64,000 nt of DNA, from NCBI GenBank assembly GCA_903933385.1, contig CAIZJW010000129.1, positions 22,207 to 86,206 on the forward strand. The letters run 5' to 3'. This document shows positions 34,554 through 41,921 of this stretch, in pieces. Source of the stretch: an uncultured Silvanigrella sp. (GTDB lineage Bacteria; Bdellovibrionota_B; Oligoflexia; Silvanigrellales; Silvanigrellaceae). The translations under genes and the position numbers were made by a program. The notes below the pieces were generated by a model. The model saw nothing but the letters and a program-made list of their open reading frames with translations. It had not been told where the DNA came from and searched no databases. Positions within the stretch are counted from its first letter, which is position 1, and every line of letters starts with the position of its first letter.

Positions 34554-35213
34554 TTATTCACCTGAAGATTTCGAAGCAAGATTAGTTCTTCGCATCTGAA
34601 GAAGTTCAATTAATTTTGCTGCAAATTCATCTGTGGTTTCTGTGGTTTGATTTGCCTTGAAGGTAAGTACTCCATGAACAACCATCGCCACGAGGGCAGT
34701 GCCCAATCCAAAGCCTGTTGCATAAAGGGCATGGGAGATACCTTCGGCAAGTTTAGTTTGCTTCGCAGCACCAGTCAGAGTTGCAACTGCACTGAAGGAA
34801 GTGATGAGTCCGGCAATTGTCCCAAGCAAACCAAGCAATGTTGTAATGTTGGCAAGCGTTCCAAAATAAGAAAGATAACGATTCACCAACGGAAGACGCT
34901 CGAGAGTGGAAGACTCAATTGCGTTTTGGGTTTCTTCGGCTGTACGACTTGCGCTTTGCAAGCCCTTCTTCCACACCCGTGGAAGAATTTGCTTCGCCGG
35001 CTGACGCTCACAGAGACGAATCGCGCTTTCGATTTGATTGTTTGCGACCTGTTTATATATTTCAGACCACATTCCTCTTGCATTTTGCGTGTCATAAACG
35101 AAATAGAGAAGCCAGCCTCTCCACAACGCCAGTGCAGCGACACAAATGAAAAAGAACAGGATCACATACATGATCCATCCACCAAACATAAACGCCCTTT
35201 GAATAAACTCCAT
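34554..35213 (-). CDS. MotA/TolQ/ExbB-family proton channel (AglR-like)
   Basis: Three TM segments. Family motifs GTLANITTLLGLLGTIAGLITSF and ISHALYATGFGLGTALVAMVVHG. Confidence 0.85.
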   Translation of the reverse strand: MEFIQRAFMFGGWIMYVILFFFICVAALALWRGWLLYFVYDTQNARGMWSEIYKQVANNQIESAIRLCERQPAKQILPRVWKKGLQSASRTAEETQNAIESSTLERLPLVNRYLSYFGTLANITTLLGLLGTIAGLITSFSAVATLTGAAKQTKLAEGISHALYATGFGLGTALVAMVVHGVLTFKANQTTETTDEFAAKLIELLQMRRTNLASKSSGE

Positions 35214-35297
35214 TCGAAGCCCCCCGGTCTCAGAGACGATTTCGTTTAAAAGTTTAGGGATGTTGGACGCTGTGAGTCAATGTTACTTAATTGGCCG

Positions 35298-35888
35298 TCA
35301 AAAATCAGTCCACAGTTTCAACTTATCGTAAACAGAACCTAAATCAGTTTCAGTCGGTAGTTCGAGCTTAAGTAACAACTGACCCTCTCGCGATAGGAGC
35401 CAGCAACTCGGCAGTTTTGGATTTTTTAGCTGATCGACAAATTCGGTTTGTGCTAATCCAAAAAGATATCGTGGCTTGCGCTTTTCGGCCCAGTTTTTCA
35501 GGTTCTCAGGAGTATCATGTGAGAATGCTGCAACCGCACCAATTCTGCGTTCGACAAAAAAGGAATGGTTCTTTTCAAAATAGTCATGAACCTGATCACT
35601 TTGTTTATTCCAGGTTCCTACAAGGCACACTAATGACAATCGAAAGGTGCGCGGCTCAAAGCTCACGCTGCGAGCTTGATTAGGCGGAAGAAGGTAAAGA
35701 GGCGGCAGTGACAGCCTTCTCTCATAGGGTGAGGGGTCTGGAGTAGGTTTGCTGCCCGCTGGCACAGCGCCTGAGTTTGCTGCCACTGCAATTTGTGAGC
35801 AGCAAAGAGCCATGGTCAGAATGCCGCTTGTCAAATTTAAGCCCCTGCACCCCAACAACGCCCATTCATCACGCACTTCTTGTTTCAT
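35298..35888 (-). CDS. Secreted thioredoxin-fold (TlpA/redoxin-like) protein lacking the CxxC motif
   Basis: Start at ATG 35888, behind a strong RBS AAGGAGG (35895-35901). Signal-like N-terminus. The position of the usual FWATWCGPC motif reads LVGTWNKQSD, with no Cys. Fold assignment is tentative. Confidence 0.5.
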   Translation of the reverse strand: MKQEVRDEWALLGCRGLNLTSGILTMALCCSQIAVAANSGAVPAGSKPTPDPSPYERRLSLPPLYLLPPNQARSVSFEPRTFRLSLVCLVGTWNKQSDQVHDYFEKNHSFFVERRIGAVAAFSHDTPENLKNWAEKRKPRYLFGLAQTEFVDQLKNPKLPSCWLLSREGQLLLKLELPTETDLGSVYDKLKLWTDF

Positions 35889-35960
35889 TTGGCTGCCTCC
35901 TTGCATTTGAGGTGACTCCTCGCGCGGACTCGGTATTATTATGTATCGAACATCTGCAGA

Positions 35961-37259
35961 ATGAACGAGGGGCCCTTGGAATACGTTGACACCTCACCAA
36001 AACCCGACACACATGCCGAACACCTGAGCAACAAGCGTTCGGCTGAAAACGTCTGGGCTATGCCCTGGCAGGAACTCGCAGTTGTACTCGGCCACCAGAA
36101 TATTCTAACTCACCGCAACATGAATGTCGCACACCGCGAGCGTTCTGCAGAATTTCTTCGCCATTGTGGTTTTGATTTAACCCGATTTGAACATCGCAAA
36201 CAGGTTGAGCAATTCTTCGGTGAAGCACTTTTTTTCATTCGGCACACTCTCCTCTCAGCTGATGAACGAGAGAGTTATCCCGTACCAAGTGATCTTCTTC
36301 AACTCGACGACCCACGTCGCCTCATGGTGTTTGCGAGTCAACGTGTTCCAAGACGGCGCTATCTTCGATTATGGTCATGCTCGCTTCTTAAAGTTATGAA
36401 CGCAATATCTCATCTTGAATTTAATGGTAAATTTAGAGAACTCGATGCAGCGCGTGAACAAATTTTCGGACGGATTCGTTCGATCGTGAGCCACGATGCG
36501 GGTCGGGGTTGGACTGCGCGTTCACAGAATCTTGAAGTGAACTTAGACCATCTCGAGTGGAAGGAAGCCAAAACCAGACACAGTGTGCTTCTAAAGCTTC
36601 TTCACAAGCCCGAAGCCATGGCGGAGGAGGTTTTCGATTACTTGGGTGTCAGATTCATCGTTTCAGAAACACAAGACATCGCCAAACTCCTGCGCGTGTT
36701 GATGGAAACCGACATTATCATTCCCCATCAGGTTTTGAATCTGCGTTCACGCAACGCACTCATCAATTTATCCGGTGCACAACGACAGTTGTCGCTCGCC
36801 TATGACCTACTGCAAACCGGCACAGCAACACCGGAAGAGTTCATCGACATGTGTAACAAGGTCGATTGGGACCTTTTTCAAGGGGAGTCCAAAAGGGGCT
36901 CGAGGCAAAACGTACATTCCAGTTCAAAATACAAATCTATCCAATTGACTGTTCGACACCTGGTTCGCACTCCGAATCCAGCTTTTTTAGTCCTCAGCTC
37001 ATTGGCTGGTCAATTGCGTCACGCGCGCGGACTTGAGCCCGAAGATGATCCCCTTCTTATGGGGCTCATTCCCGAGGAGAATGCGCGCTTTTTTCCCTTG
37101 GAAATACAGATTTTTGACCGTCGGAGCCATGAAGTTGCGCAATTTGGCCCAGCCTCCCATGAACAATACAAATCGAACCAACTACAGACGGTTCGAAAGA
37201 AGGTCCTTGGAAGCTTGCTTCACTTTGATGAGACACGCTTGCAGACTCAGGATTTTTGA
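35961..37259 (+). CDS. RelA/SpoT-domain (nucleotidyltransferase, alarmone-synthetase-like) protein, stand-alone
   Basis: 432 aa. Synthetase-domain-like motifs in order: DYLGVRFIV (compare DxxGxRxI), YKSIQLTVRH (compare GYxSxHxxV), LEIQIFDRRSHEVAQFGPASHEQYK (compare EIQIRT..H.WAE..H..YK). I recognise no HD hydrolase, TGS or ACT domains. Confidence 0.6.
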   Translation: MNEGPLEYVDTSPKPDTHAEHLSNKRSAENVWAMPWQELAVVLGHQNILTHRNMNVAHRERSAEFLRHCGFDLTRFEHRKQVEQFFGEALFFIRHTLLSADERESYPVPSDLLQLDDPRRLMVFASQRVPRRRYLRLWSCSLLKVMNAISHLEFNGKFRELDAAREQIFGRIRSIVSHDAGRGWTARSQNLEVNLDHLEWKEAKTRHSVLLKLLHKPEAMAEEVFDYLGVRFIVSETQDIAKLLRVLMETDIIIPHQVLNLRSRNALINLSGAQRQLSLAYDLLQTGTATPEEFIDMCNKVDWDLFQGESKRGSRQNVHSSSKYKSIQLTVRHLVRTPNPAFLVLSSLAGQLRHARGLEPEDDPLLMGLIPEENARFFPLEIQIFDRRSHEVAQFGPASHEQYKSNQLQTVRKKVLGSLLHFDETRLQTQDF

Positions 37260-37307
37260 ACGATTCGTTTAAACGATCTTTATTTAAGACTCTTAGAAAG
37301 GTTTACA

Positions 37308-40300
37308 ATGGATGGTCTCGATCAATGGCTTGACGTTGCGGGCCTGATGCCGCCCCTTCCTGCAGATGTCTCTCAAAAACTATTTGCGAAAACCGGTGGT
37401 GATACTTCGGGTTCTCATACATTCATTCCCAACCTTCTCACCGAGACCGACTTCTACACCCACGTGCTCCCGCAATTGCAGCGCAATGTTTCACCCGACG
37501 TCATCAAGTTTATCGTCACCCGTATTTCCAAAACTTTCATGCTGCGCAAAAAACTCTCTGAACTGCGTCCGCGCATTGAGGCCATTGTCGGCGAAGGTAA
37601 TTTCTCAGCCTTGTGGCTTGATCGTGAAGCTTTTTCGGCAGACAGTATGGAACATCGTGCCCTAATCACGGAAGCTGTTATTCATGTTTATTCAGCCCCA
37701 GCCCTCCAGAAACTCGTAAAATTATTTTACACTCACAAAGTGCCCATGATCCCCTACGGCGAGGGTGGCGGATATAATATGGGAGTGACTCCCATGGCTC
37801 CTGCCGTAACAGTGAGTTTGCGAGGCATCGATCACATCTCAGAGATCCGCCCAAGCCGGCGTTGCAACGGCAACTTCGAAGTCACTGTTGGGGCAGGTGT
37901 TCCTTTCAAAGACCTCGTTAATTATCTCAGTAAACGCGGTTATGTGCTTCGCTGTGATCCAAATACTCCGCGGGCTGCAACAGGTGGCATTGCGGCAACG
38001 GGTAGCAACGGAGGACGTAAGGCCTACGAGGTTATTATTCATGGACGGGCCGTCACGTCTCGCGGAGCTGCGACCTGTTTTGCACCGCATGAACGTGAGA
38101 GCAAAGATATTGAGAATGAGCCATTCCTTATGGCGCGTAAGTTTTTCAGCATTCACGACACAGCCCAGTTCGACCGCGACTTAAAAATAATTGCAAAGCG
38201 CGAGCTGAAAGCAGTTTGCGAACCTTCGCCAACGGACGTGAACGTGCCCCTCCACGGCATGAAGGCGCACGCGAACATGTTGGCACAAAGAGCTCAACGA
38301 ACAGAGCAACCAGAAAACTATCTCAACACTGACACGATGGCTGATGCACCCAAGCTACCCTTGTCAGCATTCGTCGGGGCTGAGGGAACAACAGGGTTCA
38401 TTTACGAGGTCACATTCGAAATTGAAAAGCCCCGTCAATACTTGATGGGCGCACGCTGGCATTTTAAATCAATTGAAGCAGCCACTCGAGTCACACGTGC
38501 GATAAAATCGCTGCCACAGCGCGATCATCCTGAGTATTTCGAAATTATAACGGGACACAGTATTCGCCGTTTTCTCATTCAGGATTTTCCGAACGTTTTC
38601 TCCGCTCAAGACGAAGCTGTGATTATTATGTCTGTCGAGGAGCAAGACGCCACCACTTGTCGCGCTCGTATGCAGCGCTGTGAAGCTACAGCCTACATTG
38701 CACTCGCAGATGCAGGTCTCACCCCAACGGAAGAAATTAGAAACGTTGAAAAAACGGATGTTCTCGACAACAAAAATGGTCTTCACGAATTTGAGGTCAT
38801 GAAACGCCCACGCGAAGAGCTTCCCAAAAAACTTCGCACAAAATGCAAAACCGACATGGAGATTCGTAGCGAATATCTCCCCGAAGTCCTTAAAATTGTC
38901 GAACGCAGCAAACCAGCCAGACTCGCTGAGCAAAAACAAGATGTCATGTTTGGGCACCTTACCCCTAGACACACTGCAATCATCCATTGGAACATCGGTG
39001 GCTTCGATCTTTACGATGAAGAGCAGGCTTCCCTGGCGTGGGATTATCTCGAACGGGTTATTGATGAGGCGCAAAATCTTGCACCCGCAAATGACCCGCA
39101 CGGCAGTGCGCGATTCACAGGCGAACACGGCGTGGCAGGCAAAGCAGCATTTCTATGGCTCAACCACATCCCGAAAGATGACTTCGAACGAATGTGTCGG
39201 GTGAAAGACATTCTCGACCCAGATGATCTTTTTAACCCCGAAACCCTATTCCTGAGAACAAGCCTCTCACGCTCTCTGCGAGCCCGCCTTTTGAATATCA
39301 GTTCAAAGCAAATTCAAGAGTCCCTCAAATCTGGCAGCAATCTGGTCGATGAGTCAGTTCTGGAAGCAGAAAAACTCGCTATCAGCGAAGGCCAGAAATG
39401 CACCCGCTGCAACAGTTGCAAGGTTTGTCCGGTTATCGATGCCGAGCATCAACTTGAAAGCAAGGGGCAGCGTCGAAGCAAGAGCTCGACGCTGCCTAGT
39501 AAACGTAACTTTCTTATGTTCATGGAACGAATAGCAGTTTTGCGCGCCTCTGCGCGAGCAACACACAACACAGGACAATTCGAGAGAATAGTCACCGCAA
39601 CAAATGAGATGCTTGCAGAAAGCGCTTCTCTGCTAAAAAAATGCTTCTACTGCCGACGCTGCGACAAAGCTTGTCCGGTTGAGATAGATGTCCATCCGCT
39701 CATGCGCGCTTATCACACCATGGGCAAGCTCCCTCCAATGGGCTCTCGTCTTTGGGGATTCCTTTATGAGCGCCTTATGGGAGACGACTTCTTCAAATCA
39801 ATTACATACCGCCTGATCGCATTTTTCATCCAAATGAGTATGCCTTTACTGAATATATTTCGGAGGATGAAATCCATCCCCGATTGGCTTAAAACGTACA
39901 CGGTGCCACCAACACTTTCCCTCACCCACTACGAACCCAATGCTCACGGACACAAAGTTCGCTCTGCAGATAACTTCGTTCTTGTAAAATCAGATCCGGG
40001 TTCTGGAGTTGCTGCACACGACACAATTTCCCCGAATACAATCTATATTCGATATCGCGGTTGTATGGACACGTTTGGCTTACCGCAGGCCACAACGGCA
40101 GTGGATACCTATTTCAAATCAGTGCTAGGAGTTCGAATTGTCGACCTAGAAAAAAAGATGTGTTGCGGGTTTCCATTTGAGGCAGAAGGTTTGCACGAAC
40201 GGGCCAAACAAGCACATATGGCATCACTCGTTGAAATAGCAAAATGTATTCACAGACTCGTGGAGGAATGGAGAGCATCATCGCCACATGGGCAACCGAA

Positions 40301-40931
40301 GTTTGTAATGTTCTCCAATTGTCCAACGTGCTGCGAAGCTATTCGCGATTTCAAGGAATTGCTCAAACAACCAGAGAAACTGGATTTCCTTAAAGCCAAA
40401 GCATCACTTCCGAGCACTTTCGATCTCACTCATCTCAATTATGACGTTCAAGACACAGCCGAAATTGCGATGGATTTAATGAAGAAAACTTCAGGGGAAA
40501 AATCTGCGCAAACAAAGCTTCCACGACCGACGGAGAAAATCGATAAAACTGTTGGCCTCAAAGTTCCTTGTCACAACACCAAGCAAGCAACTTCAGCCCA
40601 GATGGCACTCCTAAAGATGTATTATTCGGGAGTGGAAGCCTACGACAATTGTTGCGGATTATCCGGAACTGCAAGGCTTAAAAATCCTCGCATTGGAACG
40701 CAAATTGCAGAAAATCTCTTCGATCAAATCCGAGCTGCCCCAGCAAGCGTGGTAGTGAGCGGTTGTCCTAGTTGTCGTGATGGAGTGAAAATCCAACAAG
40801 GCATCTTGCAATCACGCAAAGATAGAGTGGCTGAATTCGAAATCTCAGGAATTTTTCAGCAGATTGTTGCTGACACAAAGCTTGCAGAACTGAACGCTGC
40901 AAAAGCTCAAGGCACTCTCAACGATGCATAA
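37308..40931 (+). CDS. FAD-linked oxidase fused to 4Fe-4S and CCG (heterodisulfide-reductase/GlcF-like) domains, YdiJ-like, 1207 aa
   Basis: RBS GAAAGG. FAD-binding PCMH-type region (PMIPYGEGGGYNMG). Two ferredoxin-type Cys clusters (CTRCNSCKVCPV, CFYCRRCDKACPV). Two CCG motifs (CCGFP, CCGLSG). Architecture as in E. coli YdiJ or a GlcD+GlcF fusion. Confidence 0.75.
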   Translation: MDGLDQWLDVAGLMPPLPADVSQKLFAKTGGDTSGSHTFIPNLLTETDFYTHVLPQLQRNVSPDVIKFIVTRISKTFMLRKKLSELRPRIEAIVGEGNFSALWLDREAFSADSMEHRALITEAVIHVYSAPALQKLVKLFYTHKVPMIPYGEGGGYNMGVTPMAPAVTVSLRGIDHISEIRPSRRCNGNFEVTVGAGVPFKDLVNYLSKRGYVLRCDPNTPRAATGGIAATGSNGGRKAYEVIIHGRAVTSRGAATCFAPHERESKDIENEPFLMARKFFSIHDTAQFDRDLKIIAKRELKAVCEPSPTDVNVPLHGMKAHANMLAQRAQRTEQPENYLNTDTMADAPKLPLSAFVGAEGTTGFIYEVTFEIEKPRQYLMGARWHFKSIEAATRVTRAIKSLPQRDHPEYFEIITGHSIRRFLIQDFPNVFSAQDEAVIIMSVEEQDATTCRARMQRCEATAYIALADAGLTPTEEIRNVEKTDVLDNKNGLHEFEVMKRPREELPKKLRTKCKTDMEIRSEYLPEVLKIVERSKPARLAEQKQDVMFGHLTPRHTAIIHWNIGGFDLYDEEQASLAWDYLERVIDEAQNLAPANDPHGSARFTGEHGVAGKAAFLWLNHIPKDDFERMCRVKDILDPDDLFNPETLFLRTSLSRSLRARLLNISSKQIQESLKSGSNLVDESVLEAEKLAISEGQKCTRCNSCKVCPVIDAEHQLESKGQRRSKSSTLPSKRNFLMFMERIAVLRASARATHNTGQFERIVTATNEMLAESASLLKKCFYCRRCDKACPVEIDVHPLMRAYHTMGKLPPMGSRLWGFLYERLMGDDFFKSITYRLIAFFIQMSMPLLNIFRRMKSIPDWLKTYTVPPTLSLTHYEPNAHGHKVRSADNFVLVKSDPGSGVAAHDTISPNTIYIRYRGCMDTFGLPQATTAVDTYFKSVLGVRIVDLEKKMCCGFPFEAEGLHERAKQAHMASLVEIAKCIHRLVEEWRASSPHGQPKFVMFSNCPTCCEAIRDFKELLKQPEKLDFLKAKASLPSTFDLTHLNYDVQDTAEIAMDLMKKTSGEKSAQTKLPRPTEKIDKTVGLKVPCHNTKQATSAQMALLKMYYSGVEAYDNCCGLSGTARLKNPRIGTQIAENLFDQIRAAPASVVVSGCPSCRDGVKIQQGILQSRKDRVAEFEISGIFQQIVADTKLAELNAAKAQGTLNDA

Positions 40932-41829
40932 AATCAATGAGCTCATGTTGGTCTCCGGCAGTTCTTCTCTTTGTGTTGCACCATCAACTGGCAAGCTCAC
41001 GCGTCTGATGCATGAAAACAAAAACCTCTTTGTCGAACCTCTCGCGCATGAGTGGGAACAGGCTCTCAGCGACGAAGACAGGGTGTTGTTTCAAAGCTTG
41101 GATGCGTGGGGTGGCGATGAATGCTTCCCAACTGTCGGGGGTTCAGAACTGTGGGCACTGCGTGATCACGGTGTCGTATGGGGAAAGGCTCCTTCCCTGA
41201 ATTTTGCACACGACAATCAGTGCACCACCGGATGGCAATGGAATTCGACTCATTTTAAAAGGACAATAAAGAGTGTGGGCGAGAATATCGCCCCCCCACG
41301 CCTCGGCGCCTTTTCAATCCATGTGAATTTCAGCGAGCTGTTTCCTCTGAATACTTTTCATCCTGAAATTCATTCTGGAATTCATGCAAAAAGTATTTAT
41401 GCATCGCACGCTCTTTTTGCTGCCGAGCCTGGTGACTTTGTTGAATGGGGAGTCATTCCTCTTCATTCCAATGTCGATTCGGTGCTGGCTGGAGAGTTTT
41501 CTCGCCAGGTCCTCGCTGTGCGAAAGTTTGCTGAAGATAAAGCACCAGTGGCCTCGAAATTTTATATCGAAACCCCTCCTGGGCAGCTTTTCTTTACATC
41601 TCTTGTCCGAAAAGAACTTGGACTCCGAATAGACGTGGTCCAGAGCGACACACTCCCATGGGTGGGTATTTGGTGGTGTCACAACGGCTGGGGCGACGGT
41701 CGACCTCATTCTACCGTGGGCATAGAGCCAACCAACATTCCGAGCGATGGGCCCATTTTGAACCTGGAATCAACCAGAACGAGTGCTTCAGTTTCAGGCC
41801 AAATCGCTTGGATCATCTCCAAGATCTGA
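40924..41829 (+). CDS. Hypothetical protein, possibly galactose-mutarotase-like fold
   Basis: 301 aa. The ATG overlaps the upstream gene's end by 8 nt. Beta-rich sequence with WGGDECFPTVG and HSTVGIEPTN motifs reminiscent of aldose-1-epimerase-superfamily proteins. Weak assignment. Confidence 0.35.
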   Translation: MHKINELMLVSGSSSLCVAPSTGKLTRLMHENKNLFVEPLAHEWEQALSDEDRVLFQSLDAWGGDECFPTVGGSELWALRDHGVVWGKAPSLNFAHDNQCTTGWQWNSTHFKRTIKSVGENIAPPRLGAFSIHVNFSELFPLNTFHPEIHSGIHAKSIYASHALFAAEPGDFVEWGVIPLHSNVDSVLAGEFSRQVLAVRKFAEDKAPVASKFYIETPPGQLFFTSLVRKELGLRIDVVQSDTLPWVGIWWCHNGWGDGRPHSTVGIEPTNIPSDGPILNLESTRTSASVSGQIAWIISKI

Positions 41830-41862
41830 AAAATACGACCCTATTTTTTATCTAGCCTGCCC

Positions 41863-41895
41863 CCTTGACGTTATCCTCAGCCGCCTTAACTTTAC
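41863..41895 (+). promoter_or_regulatory. Candidate heat-shock (sigma-32-like) or sigma-70 promoter upstream of htpG
   Basis: CCCCCTTGAC at 41861-41870 matches the sigma-32 -35 core CCCTTGAA. The downstream CCTTAACTT is only a partial match to CCCCATNTA. The alternative sigma-70 reading is TTGACG-N16-TAACTT. Pattern only. Confidence 0.3.
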
Positions 41896-41921
41896 GGCGA
41901 TTTCAACGTCCGGAGGCATTC

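Noticed and set aside
37260-37295. Palindrome around CGTTTAAACG after the RelA/SpoT-domain gene, considered as a terminator
   Set aside because: The stem is short and imperfect with essentially no loop, and the following T-run is interrupted (CTTTATTTAA). Support is insufficient.
38469-39128. 219-aa minus-strand ORF inside the FAD/Fe-S oxidoreductase gene
   Set aside because: Antisense ORF with no recognisable motifs. The plus-strand frame is continuous over 1207 aa with FAD, 4Fe-4S and CCG motifs.
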